Shown here: piece by piece, positions 27,791 through 37,694 of the stretch
How positions within the stretch are numbered: the stretch's first letter is position 1
Layout: the number at the start of each line of letters is the position of its first letter
Source: an uncultured beta proteobacterium
Lineage (GTDB): Bacteria; Pseudomonadota; Gammaproteobacteria; Burkholderiales; SG8-41
Direction of reading: 5' to 3'
NCBI GenBank assembly: GCA_902825845.1
Contig: CADECM010000022.1
Coordinates: forward strand, 160-64,159
DNA length: 64,000 nucleotides
Notes under the pieces: generated by a model
The model's input: only the letters and a program-made list of their open reading frames with translations
The model's database searches: none
Told to the model about the DNA's origin: nothing
Position numbers and translations under genes: made by a program

Positions 27791-28075
27791 TATTTCTACT
27801 GGCTGGACACCGACGCCAGGCTGGAAGCCGCGCAACTCGTCAACGATGGCATCGCGAACATGGCCGGCGCGTTTCCGGAGCGCCCGATGGGCATGGGCAC
27901 AATGCCGATGTAGCATCCCGATGCCGCGGTGGCGGAACTGGAACGCATCGTCAAACAACACGGGGCGAAGCCCACCCCATCGCGATAATCTCCAAAGTAG
28001 AGGGCTTGAGCGCTCGTGAGCGGGAACAGATTTTCAGCGGCTCGGCGTTGCGCCTGATGGCGCGAAAATTTATAA
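27791..28075 (+). pseudogene. amidohydrolase (ACMSD-like) gene remnant
   Basis: Fragments LVNDGIANMAGAFPERPMGMGTMPM-TAG-HPDAAVAELERIVKQHG. In another frame, a C-terminal-like EGLSAREREQIFSGSALRLMARKF. About 285 nt remain of a gene that is normally ~1 kb, and the N-terminal metal-binding region is absent. Confidence 0.5.
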
Positions 28076-28099
28076 GATATTGTTTTTAAACAATTTTTT
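28072..28099 (-). repeat. AT-rich boundary motif, copy e
   Basis: The minus strand reads AAAAAATTGTTTAAAAACAATATCTTAT. Lies between the amidohydrolase remnant and the tagF stop. Confidence 0.65.
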
Positions 28100-28133
28100 A
28101 AAATACCATTGATGCGGCCAGCGGGCTGCGCGC

Positions 28134-28859
28134 TTATACCGGATCGCGTTGCGGCGCGGCGCGCAGCAGCGCGCTGTAGTACGCCGGCTGCGGCAGTCCG
28201 CTGAAGGACGCCAACTGGATCGGTCCTGACGCATCCGCTTCGCGCCACCACAGCGTCTTGCCATGGGCCATTGACTCCCATCCGTGCACAGCGGCCATGT
28301 GTATGAGACGCTGCATGTCGAGCCCGGCCGGGATTGCCATTTCAAAGTTGCCGGACGGCGCCTGCCACCAGGCCGCCAGCGCGGCGACTGGCGCATCGTG
28401 CGCCGCGGCAGCCGCCGCCGGAAACGGCATGGAGGCCAGATGTTCCTCGAATCGCTGCAGACTGAAATCAACACTCAAGGTTGCCAGCGCGGTTTCTTCC
28501 AGGTCACCGTACCAGTCGCGCGCGCTCAGGAACGCACTGACAGCTCCCGCGCAAACCGGCATCGCGACGGCTATCGTCAGCGGAAAATGTCGTCCCACCT
28601 TGTCAACACTGGGCATCATGACGCCGCCCCACAAGGTGTCGCCGATCACACCGGGCATCAACACAAATCGCCATACGGGACTATTCATGTAGATATCGAG
28701 CCATTTCTGACCCAGCAGGTCGCGGCTAGCCGTCATCGCCTGTTGCAGCCAGCCGTCCCAGATGGATATAAACGGCTGGCTCAGGCGGCGCGAGGCAAAG
28801 TCGCCGAGCGACGGTATCTTGCCGTACCAGCCCGGTACCCGCTCCGCGTCCGCCGCCAT
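28134..28859 (-). CDS. tagF: type VI secretion system-associated protein TagF (DUF2094)
   Basis: VPGWYGKIPSLGDFASRRL N-terminus. The ATG overlaps the tssM stop (ATGA). Confidence 0.8.
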   Translation of the reverse strand: MAADAERVPGWYGKIPSLGDFASRRLSQPFISIWDGWLQQAMTASRDLLGQKWLDIYMNSPVWRFVLMPGVIGDTLWGGVMMPSVDKVGRHFPLTIAVAMPVCAGAVSAFLSARDWYGDLEETALATLSVDFSLQRFEEHLASMPFPAAAAAAHDAPVAALAAWWQAPSGNFEMAIPAGLDMQRLIHMAAVHGWESMAHGKTLWWREADASGPIQLASFSGLPQPAYYSALLRAAPQRDPV

Positions 28860-31800
28860 CAGAGTCCGCCCGGACAGCGAAACTGTTCCAGGTCCTGCAG
28901 GCGGAACGGATTGCGCACGCTGCTCGCGGTCACCTCGAACTGCGCCTGCCGCCCGTCGATCACGAAGGTGGCCAGGAACTTCTCCGCCTGCGGCGTCGCT
29001 TCGATCTTGACCTGATCGAACATGCGGAACAACGCCCACGGCCCTTCGAACGGGCCAAAGCCGCGCGTGGCCGGCGGTGTCAGCTGTACGCGCACCTGGG
29101 TACTGCCGCGCGGGCCCGGCCACTGCACCGCCTGCGGCACCTGCGGACCGTGGCTGTATTTGACGATCTGGCCGTCCACATCGAGGATGAATTGCGAGAT
29201 CGCGACATCCATCGACAGCGGTTTGAAATCGAGCCGCAGGCTGGGCGTCGCGCCGCCGCGAAAGAACACCTCGCGGATGGTCTGGGCGCGCTGGAACTGC
29301 AGCAACGTGCCGCCGTCACCGCCCATGCTGGCGTCGCCCACCTGGCGGAAGCGCCAGGGTTGCGCGGCGGTGTCCACCAGTGAGGCAAGATTCTTCTGGA
29401 AAAAACCGTCCATCAGCCGTCCGGAACCGAACAACTGCGCAAAATCTTCCTGCGTCACATTGCTCGCGCTGCCTTTGGCGAACGGATAGCGCCCGCCGAT
29501 CGCCTTGCTGCAGAAGCCGTAAATTTCAGCCTGCACCGCCTTGGATAAATTGTATTTCATGCCTGAAAGCGCCTGATTCTGTCCCGCCAATGCGAGCGTG
29601 CTCAACAAGGATTTGACGGGCTCGGGCAGGCGCCCGGCCTCCGCCTTGGCCTTGATCGGCAAATCGGTGGGCGGCGGCGGATTGCCGCCCTTTACCGCCA
29701 GTTCGGTGGCCGTGAGCTGGGCATAGAGTTCGCCGATCAGCGACAGCGTTCCGTCGATGGGCGCGGGTTGTCCCTGGCCCGCGCCTCGCACATACTCGCG
29801 CAACGCAGTAAAGCGGTCATCGACGATCAGTTCGGGCCGCGACAGCGTATCGGCCGCGGGCGCCGCGGCGCGCTGTGAGCCGCCCATCAGGCGTCCCATC
29901 GTTTCCTTGGTCTTGGCGATCACGTCTTCCGCTTTGCGCACCACGTCCTTGTCTGCATCCGCCACGCTCACCAGCGTCACCTCCTTGACGATGGCCTGCA
30001 GCAGCCGGCGCAACGGCGAATCGGGCGCGGCCAGCACGCGCGTCTGCTGGATCGTCTGCGACAAACCGCCGCCGTGCTGCAACCGTACGTCTTCGACAAA
30101 CGCGCTCCAGGTATTCGCGTAATCCGTCAGATACAGACGCTTGACCTCGTTGAGCAGCGCTTCGCGGGTCTTGAGATCGCCGGGATTGATGCGTTCCGCC
30201 TTGGGCAAATCCAGCACCCAGCCCTCCTCGCTGGCGAGCTGATTGGTGACCACCAGCGAGTCCTTCAGGAAACTGCCGTGGTATGCCTGATAACTGAACA
30301 GACCGGGCACCCCCGAGTTCAGCGGCTTGCCGCTGGCGCGCGCGAACACCAATGCCGCCGATGGCCCGGCCGCCGTGGCCAGCTTGAACTCCGGCTGTCC
30401 CTTGCCGATGCCCAGGCGCTTCAGGCGGCTGTAGACGCGTTCCGCCAGCGGCATGCGTGCCAGTGCGGCGCGCGCTTCAGCCAGCAGACTGGCGTCGGCG
30501 GGCACCGGCGAGGCAACGGCGCCCTGGCGGAACAATTCGGCGAGGTGTTCGCGCAAGGCCACGCGCTGCTCGCTGGTGACACTCTGCGGCAGATTGCGTT
30601 CCCAGTCGGATTCGATATACCCCTGCAATGCGCCGGCATCGAAGTGTTCGACATCGTGCAGCATGATGTAGGCCTTGAGCGTTTCGTAGAGAAACTCGAC
30701 GCTCTGATCACCGCGATTGCGCAACTGGGATTCGATGCGCCGCGAAAGACTCGGCAGGAACGCACTCTGCAGCACCCTGCGGTAGGCACTGTTGGCAGCA
30801 CCCTCCAGCTTGTCACTTTGCGACAACCCCAAGCCCATCAACAGGCCGTCGCGATTGGCGTCGGTGGACGGCAGATCGCGGATCGATTGCAGCAGCGGCA
30901 GCAGCCTCACCACGTCGCTTTCGCCGGCCGGATTGAGCGCTGCCACCTGTTTGGCCAGCGGCGGCACCTTCGCCTGCACCGCGGCGACGTGCGCCTTGTT
31001 GCGCGTGTAACTGATGGTCCAGGCGGCCACGCTGCCGAGGGTGACCGCCGTGGCCAATCCCAGTCCCGTCCACTGCAGCAAGGTTCGGCGGCGCTCCCAG
31101 CGCAGGTTGGCGCCCGCCAGCCCGGCCTCGTTGAAAATCACCGAATCCAGCAATCGCGTCAGGAAATAGCTGCGGCCGCTGGGTTGCTGCGGCGCGAGCA
31201 TGCGTGCCTCCAGGCGCAGCGCGCGGCCGAGACTGCCGATGACGCGGTCGATCGCGCTGCCTTCCTGGGTCCCACTGGTGAAGTAAACGCCGCGCAGCAT
31301 CGGCTGTTCCACAAAGCGCGACGGCGCAAACACCTTGCCCACGAAGTCGTCCAGAATGCCCTTGAGACTGCTGAATTGCTGCGGAAAGGCGTAAATCAGC
31401 GCGCGCAGATTGGGGGTGCGCTCATCCTGCAACAGGTCGATGACGCGATCATTGAGGCGCTGTTCCAGCGCATCGAATTCGGACCTGAACGCGGGTGCCG
31501 CCGGCCCCGCCTCGGCCGCCTGAAACGCGAACGTGGTGCCCCAAACCTGCGCGCGCTCTTCCGCGCCGAGCTTCTGGAAGAACTCCACGAACCCCGCCAG
31601 CAAATCCATCTTCGTCACCAGCACGTAGATCGGGAAGCGGATGCCCAGCTGTTCATGCAACTCTTCCAGGCGCTGGCGCAGGATGCTGGCGTGGTGTTCG
31701 CGCTCCGCGGCCGATTGCTGCAGCAGATCGCTGACACTGATCGTCAACAGCGCGCCGTTGATGGGGCGCCGCGGGCGGAATTTCCGCAGCAGGGAAAGAA

Positions 31801-32446
31801 AGCCGCTCCACGCCGCGCGATCGACCTCGACATTCGCTTCATGCGTGGTGTAACGGCCCGCGGTATCGATCAGTACCGCCTGATCGGTGAACCACCAGTC
31901 GCAATTGCGCGTGCCGCCGACGCCGCGGATCGCCTCCTGCCCGAAGCGCTCGGCCAGCGGAAACTTGAGGCCGGAATGAATCAGCGCGGTGGTCTTGCCC
32001 GAACCCGGCGCGCCGATGAAGATATACCAGGGCAACTGATAGACATAGCGCCTGGACAAGCGCGCGGCGAGGCCGGGTGCCTTGTCGCTGCCGCCCAGCC
32101 GCGCCTTGCTCAGAATCTTCATCGCGTCTTCAAAACGATTGCCCAGCGTGGCAATCTCGTCCGCGCCGGGCGCGTCCTGCGCCGGCCTGGCGGGCGCTTG
32201 TTTCAACAGCGTTTCGAACAGCCGCGCATTGTTCAGTTTCGCCCGCAGCGCACGCCAGGCGATTCGGCCCAGGAACAAGCCCCACACCACGGCAATGGCT
32301 ATCCAGCGCGCCGTGGCGGACTCCAACGGCCGGTACTCGCCAAGCGCAAGCAGCGGCCCGCCGTACCAGATGACCAGACTGATCAGCAGCAGGCCCAGTG
32401 CCGTCATCGTCCAGCGATTGAAGATCCAGCCCAGAAGCTTTTTCAT
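28859..32446 (-). CDS. tssM: type VI secretion system membrane subunit TssM (IcmF)
   Basis: ~1195 aa with N-terminal TM helices, Walker A GAPGSGKTT and an IcmF-like C-terminal region. Confidence 0.9.
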   Translation of the reverse strand: MKKLLGWIFNRWTMTALGLLLISLVIWYGGPLLALGEYRPLESATARWIAIAVVWGLFLGRIAWRALRAKLNNARLFETLLKQAPARPAQDAPGADEIATLGNRFEDAMKILSKARLGGSDKAPGLAARLSRRYVYQLPWYIFIGAPGSGKTTALIHSGLKFPLAERFGQEAIRGVGGTRNCDWWFTDQAVLIDTAGRYTTHEANVEVDRAAWSGFLSLLRKFRPRRPINGALLTISVSDLLQQSAAEREHHASILRQRLEELHEQLGIRFPIYVLVTKMDLLAGFVEFFQKLGAEERAQVWGTTFAFQAAEAGPAAPAFRSEFDALEQRLNDRVIDLLQDERTPNLRALIYAFPQQFSSLKGILDDFVGKVFAPSRFVEQPMLRGVYFTSGTQEGSAIDRVIGSLGRALRLEARMLAPQQPSGRSYFLTRLLDSVIFNEAGLAGANLRWERRRTLLQWTGLGLATAVTLGSVAAWTISYTRNKAHVAAVQAKVPPLAKQVAALNPAGESDVVRLLPLLQSIRDLPSTDANRDGLLMGLGLSQSDKLEGAANSAYRRVLQSAFLPSLSRRIESQLRNRGDQSVEFLYETLKAYIMLHDVEHFDAGALQGYIESDWERNLPQSVTSEQRVALREHLAELFRQGAVASPVPADASLLAEARAALARMPLAERVYSRLKRLGIGKGQPEFKLATAAGPSAALVFARASGKPLNSGVPGLFSYQAYHGSFLKDSLVVTNQLASEEGWVLDLPKAERINPGDLKTREALLNEVKRLYLTDYANTWSAFVEDVRLQHGGGLSQTIQQTRVLAAPDSPLRRLLQAIVKEVTLVSVADADKDVVRKAEDVIAKTKETMGRLMGGSQRAAAPAADTLSRPELIVDDRFTALREYVRGAGQGQPAPIDGTLSLIGELYAQLTATELAVKGGNPPPPTDLPIKAKAEAGRLPEPVKSLLSTLALAGQNQALSGMKYNLSKAVQAEIYGFCSKAIGGRYPFAKGSASNVTQEDFAQLFGSGRLMDGFFQKNLASLVDTAAQPWRFRQVGDASMGGDGGTLLQFQRAQTIREVFFRGGATPSLRLDFKPLSMDVAISQFILDVDGQIVKYSHGPQVPQAVQWPGPRGSTQVRVQLTPPATRGFGPFEGPWALFRMFDQVKIEATPQAEKFLATFVIDGRQAQFEVTASSVRNPFRLQDLEQFRCPGGL

Positions 32447-32526
32447 GCGCGACTCCGGCCGCAAAACCGCCCGCGGCGCGCGCGCAGCGTCCGGCAGCGG
32501 CATTCCCGCGTCAAGGCGCGCATCGC

Positions 32527-33837
32527 TCAGGTCCCCTTGCTGGCGGCAAACAGCGTGATCTCGATGCGCCGGTTGCGCGAACGGCCGTCCGCGCCGGCGT
32601 TATCGGCGATGGGCTCGGCATCGGCGCGTCCTTCGGCGGACAGACGCTCCGCGGGCACCACCTGCGCAATCAGACGCAGCACCATGCGCGCGCGTTCCTC
32701 CGACAAATGCCAGTTCGACGGGAAGCGTGCGGTGCGTATCGGCTGGTTGTCGGTATGGCCGATCACCTGAACCTTGCCGGGGACGCCCTTCAATGCGTCC
32801 GCAATGCGCTGGATCAGTGGCAGATAGCGCGCGGAAATGGTGGTGCTGCCAGGCTCGAAAAGACCGTCGCCACGAATCGTAACCACGCTCATGGTGCGTT
32901 CGTCGCGCACGGCCACCAGTCCTTCGGCGATCTCCGGCGCGAGGAAAGTGGCCAGACGCGGCGGCACCGGTAGCGGCGCGGCCGCGGCAGGCGCCGGTGC
33001 CGGCGCGGTGACACGAAGGGCCTGAATCCGCGCATACGTCTGATCCGACAGATCGCCCAGCTTGTAGCGGTAGACAAAGTACACGCTCAGCATGATCGCC
33101 GTCGCAAGCGTTCCGGCAATCCACAGCGGCAGCGCATCGAGAATTTTGGAACGCGCCGCGACCACGCCTTTCCAGCGCGGAGACAGGTCGCGCTCATAGT
33201 CGCCGGCGGCCTTGTGCAATATCTGCGCAAGGCGCTCGCGCAGCACTTCCAGCTGCGAGCGCCCATTGTCAATCACCCGGTAGCGGCCCTCAAAGCCGAA
33301 GGCGAGGCACACATACATGAGTTCCAGCAGCGAACGGTTCGCCGCGGGATTTTCCGCCAGCTTGGACAGCAGCTGAAAAAACTTCTCGCCGCCCCAGGTC
33401 TCATTGTGAAACAGCACCAGCAGGCTGTTGCGTGCCCACATGCCCGATCCGCCCCACGGCGTGGAGGCAGCCGTCTCGTCCACCACCGTGCACAGCACAT
33501 AGCGGGCAGCAATGATGTTTTCCGCGGAAACGCCGGCCTCGCGCGCGCGCATTTCGAAGCGCTTGATTGCTTCCACCAGATAATCGCGCAGGGCCGCGGC
33601 ATCCGGATGATTGAGCGTGGTGCGCAACTGCGGAATAACATCGAGCAGTGGGTTGGCCGCGGCCACCAGCGGATTCATGCCGGCAACCACCGGGGGATCG
33701 GCCACCTGCGCCGGCGCACCAGTATCCGCGGCCGCGCGGGCCGCGCCTTGCCCGGGGATACTGCGCCCGCCCGGCGTGGGCATGATCACCGTCCGTCCGG
33801 CTTCCGGCATCGCAAAGGGATCGTCGTTGTTGCTCAT
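32527..33837 (-). CDS. tssL: TssL/DotU with a C-terminal OmpA/MotB peptidoglycan-binding domain
   Basis: DotU-like N-terminal domain, a TM helix, and a C-terminal OmpA-like region (HTDNQPI..NWHLSEERA..NRRIEI). Confidence 0.9.
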   Translation of the reverse strand: MSNNDDPFAMPEAGRTVIMPTPGGRSIPGQGAARAAADTGAPAQVADPPVVAGMNPLVAAANPLLDVIPQLRTTLNHPDAAALRDYLVEAIKRFEMRAREAGVSAENIIAARYVLCTVVDETAASTPWGGSGMWARNSLLVLFHNETWGGEKFFQLLSKLAENPAANRSLLELMYVCLAFGFEGRYRVIDNGRSQLEVLRERLAQILHKAAGDYERDLSPRWKGVVAARSKILDALPLWIAGTLATAIMLSVYFVYRYKLGDLSDQTYARIQALRVTAPAPAPAAAAPLPVPPRLATFLAPEIAEGLVAVRDERTMSVVTIRGDGLFEPGSTTISARYLPLIQRIADALKGVPGKVQVIGHTDNQPIRTARFPSNWHLSEERARMVLRLIAQVVPAERLSAEGRADAEPIADNAGADGRSRNRRIEITLFAASKGT

Positions 33838-33848
33838 GGCGCGGCCGC

Positions 33849-35189
33849 CTAACCCCGTATGGCCCAGAATTCGATTTCAAGTCCCGGAAATTCACCGGCA
33901 ATATGCATCGCCAGACCGCCGGTGCGTTCCAGCTGCTTCCACAAATCACCGCCGCGCTCCATTTCGAAGTAATTGAAGCCGGCATGGTAGGGAATCTGCC
34001 GCGGCGCCACCGGCAGCGAGTGCAGTGGTATGCCCGGCAGCTGCAGATTGACCAGATCGCGGATGCGCTCTGCCGGCCCGATCTTGACCTGTGCCGGAAA
34101 GCGCGTGCGCAGGGCGTCGGCGGGCAACTGCGCATTGACGGCAAATACGAAGCTCGCGCTCTTGAGCAGTTCCAGATCCGCGATGGTGGCCACGCGCACG
34201 CCGTACTGGCGATCCAGCAACTCGATGGCGATGGCGCTCTGCTCGAGCACCATGCTCAATGCACGCCGGATTTCGGCAATCAGCGGCGTGAAGCAGGCGC
34301 GCAGATCGTCGTGATGATACGGCGGGAGCCGCGCCGGGCGCCGTGTGCCGGTGCTGAACGTCGCAAAATCGCCGGCCACCGACAGGCATAACGCAAACAG
34401 GCGTTCCGGATGCAACAATGTCACCATGCCCAGATGCGCGAACAGCGGCTCATAGCGGTTGATGGTCTGCAGCATCAGAAAATCGGCGATTTCCGCGACG
34501 CCGCCGCGCCCGGGCTGGGACAGCCGCGACGCCAGCGCGTCTCCGCGCTGATGCAACAGCCCGTGCAGATCGCGCACATGCCGCGCCAGCAACGGCTGCG
34601 CGCCGGCATGCAGCGTCGGCGGAATGTAGGTATTGTCGAGCACGACCTGGTTGTCGGCGCGGCGCTCCAGCACGCGCACCACGCCGAGCGTGCAGTAGGC
34701 GTCGGTCACCTCGCTCTCGCGAAACAAACGCAGGCGCAAGCCGCCCAGTTCAACCAGGGCGCTGGCATCCGACGTCGAATGGGTATCGGGCACATCGGCA
34801 TCGACCACCGCAAACCGCGCCAGCGTGTCCGGATCGCCGGCGGCAGTGGTCGATTCGATGCTGCCGGCACGCCGTACCGGCAGTGCCAGTACAATCAGCT
34901 CGTCCCTGACTTCGGCGCCGATTTCAAGGGGTTCGGGCGCCGCATCCTCCTCCGGGAAATGAAATACGGTGCCGTCCGGCAACACGCCTCGCGCCGCCGC
35001 GATCTGCACCTTGCCCAGCGCCAGCGCATCGGCGTCGAGTTCCAGCTGCAGATAACCCCAGCCGTAGGGCGCGATCGCACCTGCGCGGTGTTCGATGATG
35101 CGTTCGAGGTAGCGGTCATGCTGCTGGAAATGCTGGGGCTGCAAAAACATGCCCTCTGACCAGATGACGCGATTACGATGCATTGACAT
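33849..35189 (-). CDS. tssK: type VI secretion system baseplate subunit TssK
   Basis: 446 aa with the VIWSEGMFLQPQHFQQHDRY N-terminus typical of TssK. Confidence 0.9.
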   Translation of the reverse strand: MSMHRNRVIWSEGMFLQPQHFQQHDRYLERIIEHRAGAIAPYGWGYLQLELDADALALGKVQIAAARGVLPDGTVFHFPEEDAAPEPLEIGAEVRDELIVLALPVRRAGSIESTTAAGDPDTLARFAVVDADVPDTHSTSDASALVELGGLRLRLFRESEVTDAYCTLGVVRVLERRADNQVVLDNTYIPPTLHAGAQPLLARHVRDLHGLLHQRGDALASRLSQPGRGGVAEIADFLMLQTINRYEPLFAHLGMVTLLHPERLFALCLSVAGDFATFSTGTRRPARLPPYHHDDLRACFTPLIAEIRRALSMVLEQSAIAIELLDRQYGVRVATIADLELLKSASFVFAVNAQLPADALRTRFPAQVKIGPAERIRDLVNLQLPGIPLHSLPVAPRQIPYHAGFNYFEMERGGDLWKQLERTGGLAMHIAGEFPGLEIEFWAIRG

Positions 35190-35259
35190 TCATCCGTCGG
35201 CGGTTGCGGGCGCGAGGGGAAGACCGGGCCTGTGATGGAAAGACACGTGTCATCAGCCG

Positions 35260-35733
35260 TTAGCGGTTAAGGACCGTCACGCTGCTGCGCTCGATCACCA
35301 CCTGCAGGTTATTGGATTGGTGGGGAACAAAGGTCGCTACGCGGCGCCACTCGGAACGCTCGAGGTCGCGGAAAGCGGCAAACAGGCCCAGATAGACGAC
35401 CTCGGGCGGCAGCTGTTTATCCAGCGTCCTGGATTCATTCGGCAGCAACTGGAATTCCTCCTTGAATACGAGGTCGCCGCCGAGTGTTTCCTTGTCCTTC
35501 TCGTAAAGCGCGAAAAAATCGGCGGTATCGTACGCGGCGCGGGATTTCAGTCCGTACATGCGCACCGTCACCGGCGACGGACGGCCACGCGCATCCGGGT
35601 TGACGTTCGCCTGCGCATTAAACACGACCTTGACCAGGGTCGGCTTGGGTGGCGGCGGCGGCTTCGCGCATCCCGCCGCCACGGCCAGCGCCGGCAAGGC
35701 AAACAACAGCCGGCGGCGCAACAAAAAGCTCAT
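35260..35733 (-). CDS. tssJ: type VI secretion system lipoprotein TssJ
   Basis: 157 aa with lipobox AAGC and TssJ-like sequence NVNPDARGRPSPVTVRMYGLK. Confidence 0.8.
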   Translation of the reverse strand: MSFLLRRRLLFALPALAVAAGCAKPPPPPKPTLVKVVFNAQANVNPDARGRPSPVTVRMYGLKSRAAYDTADFFALYEKDKETLGGDLVFKEEFQLLPNESRTLDKQLPPEVVYLGLFAAFRDLERSEWRRVATFVPHQSNNLQVVIERSSVTVLNR

Positions 35734-35854
35734 TGAATTCTCCTGATACGGACGCCGAACGTGTCGGCCTGACGCGCCGCCCCGCGACGTTTTTTCCCGC
35801 GATATCACGGCAGGGATGCAGTATAGAGTATCTGTACGCCGCGCGCGGGCCCGT

Positions 35855-37510
35855 TCACGGCGCGCCGCCGCCGTCGCGCGAGAGCTTGGCAATCTGCGCC
35901 TCATAGGCGCGCACGAACTCGCGCCCGAACATCTCGTGAAAATTGTCCTCCGCTTCCCGCGACACATCGCCGTAGAGCGCGGAAAACAAATCCCACATCC
36001 TTGCCTTGCGGCTGCCCGGCAGCAGCGTATCCAGCACGCTCTTGTCCTTCAGGCGTTGCTCCAGATGATCCGGATTGAAGCGTTGCAGAATGCCCGTCAG
36101 CGCCGCGCGCATGCCGGCCATGAACGCGAACTGGTTCGAGCGCAAATCGTTGCACGCGTCCCGCACCGCCTCCAGCGGCTGCATATAGCCGCGCTGCGGC
36201 GACAGCAGATGCATCAGCGCGGCCTCGACGTTGGGCGAGAATTTGAGCGGATTGTTCTCCTGCGCCACGATCATGGTGACGTCCGCGCGCATCTCGCGCT
36301 TGAGCATGGCGCGCGCCAACAGCAGATCAAGCATGGCCTGCACGGTCTCGCGCAACACCTGCCCCAGCAGATTCATGGTCTGCGGCGTCAGGCCCGCCGG
36401 AAAACTGAAATTGGCGATGCCCGCACCTTCAAGAAACGCTTTCGCCAGCGCATCCGCGCCGGGCCTGGCGACGGCAACGCGCTGGGTTGACGCCAATGCG
36501 GCGTCGTCATCGGGAATGCCGGCGGGCGGTTCAGCCGCGGCCAGGGCCGGGGCCGCGGCTGGGGCGCCCGCCACGGCTGGGACAACCGCCGCGGCTGTTG
36601 CCACCAACGCGGCGGGCGCCACGGGCGCCGCGGGCTTGGCAGGTTCCGGATCCGGGATCGCCCGTGGCGGCACATACGATGCGGACCATTCGGGCGCATC
36701 GTTGCGCTGGGTCGGCGCCGCCGCGGCAGCCGGCGCGGCCATGAACGCGTCGAGCGGATCCAGGCTGGGGCCACCTTTGAACGGGCCCGCGTCCGCGGGC
36801 GCGGCCAGCGCTACGCCTGCGCCCAGCGGATCGCCGACTGTCGCCGGGCCCAGACCAAACAACACATCCAGACTCTGGCTTTGGGGCGACACGCCAAAGC
36901 CGGGCGTGCCCGGCACTGGCGGTGTGTAAGGCGACGGCGTGGAAGGCTTAGCCGGATGGGCAAATGGATCGAAGTCGGCTGGTATCCCGCCTTGTGGGCG
37001 ATTGTCGGGCATGGCGAACGGATCCGCCGCAGGAGCGGCCGACGGATACAGCGGTGCATTGCCGGCCGGCGCAGCCCTCGGTATCAGATCGGCGAAGGGG
37101 TCCGCACTCGAGGCAGTCCCGAACATGGCCATTGGGTCGCCTGGCGCGCTGCCGCCCGCACGTGTATTTGCCGCCGCGGCATCGGGCGCGACCACCAATT
37201 GCACAATGGCGCGCAGCTGGTATTCGCCGATGGTGAGTTCGTCGCCGTGCGCGAGGCCCGCTTCGCTCCCCTTGCCCAGTGCACGGCCGTTGACCATCAC
37301 CGGGGTGCTGGAACCATGATCCTCGATCACGTAGTGCCCGGCGTGAAGCTTGATCCTCGCGTGCGTGCGCGATATGAAACGCTCCGCGTCCGGCAGCACC
37401 AGGGTATTGGCGTCCGCGCGCCCTATGGTCCCGCCCTGCGCGCCAAATTCCGCCGCAAGGACACGCGGCGGTACCGCGCCCTTATAGTGAATCACCTCAA
37501 GCTTGAGCAT
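35855..37510 (-). CDS. tagH: type VI secretion system-associated FHA-domain protein TagH
   Basis: N-terminal FHA domain (GRADANTLVLPD..ISRTHARI), a long Ala/Pro-rich linker, and a conserved TagH-type C-terminal domain. AAGAGGA lies upstream of ATG 37510. Confidence 0.85.
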   Translation of the reverse strand: MLKLEVIHYKGAVPPRVLAAEFGAQGGTIGRADANTLVLPDAERFISRTHARIKLHAGHYVIEDHGSSTPVMVNGRALGKGSEAGLAHGDELTIGEYQLRAIVQLVVAPDAAAANTRAGGSAPGDPMAMFGTASSADPFADLIPRAAPAGNAPLYPSAAPAADPFAMPDNRPQGGIPADFDPFAHPAKPSTPSPYTPPVPGTPGFGVSPQSQSLDVLFGLGPATVGDPLGAGVALAAPADAGPFKGGPSLDPLDAFMAAPAAAAAPTQRNDAPEWSASYVPPRAIPDPEPAKPAAPVAPAALVATAAAVVPAVAGAPAAAPALAAAEPPAGIPDDDAALASTQRVAVARPGADALAKAFLEGAGIANFSFPAGLTPQTMNLLGQVLRETVQAMLDLLLARAMLKREMRADVTMIVAQENNPLKFSPNVEAALMHLLSPQRGYMQPLEAVRDACNDLRSNQFAFMAGMRAALTGILQRFNPDHLEQRLKDKSVLDTLLPGSRKARMWDLFSALYGDVSREAEDNFHEMFGREFVRAYEAQIAKLSRDGGGAP

Positions 37511-37664
37511 CCGGATCCTCTTTCCTACCGCCAGCCAAATTACGTCCCCAAAACAATCACTTGCAGCCCGCAGCCATTTTATACCTTGCGCAGCAGCTGC
37601 CACACCAGGCACTGCGACGCGGAGCGCGGCGCCGTCAAATATGCAACCCGATACGACATGAATA

Positions 37665-37694
37665 TCATAGCTTATTGATTTTAAATTATATTTT
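37665..37694 (-). repeat. AT-rich boundary motif, copy f
   Basis: The minus strand reads AAAATATAATTTAAAATCAATAAGCTATGA, ~155 nt upstream of the tagH start. Confidence 0.65.

Noticed and set aside
30074-32770. 898-aa plus-strand ORF, one of several very long ORFs antisense to confident genes. Others include 15293..16660, 16815..18350, 23620..24642, 25780..26973, 40979..42565, 44763..46103, 50767..52926 and 7008..8126.
   Set aside because: These are typical high-GC shadow ORFs. They are Arg/Ala/His/Gln-rich and low-complexity, carry no recognisable motifs, and each lies fully opposite a gene with clear family signatures.
37576-37602. Sigma54-like element TGGCAG-N-CTGCGC and an adjacent TATAAAAT upstream of tagH.
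   Set aside because: The -12 region (CTGCGC) is a poor match to TTGC(A/T), and the spacing for a sigma70 -35/-10 pair does not work. The evidence is too weak to call.
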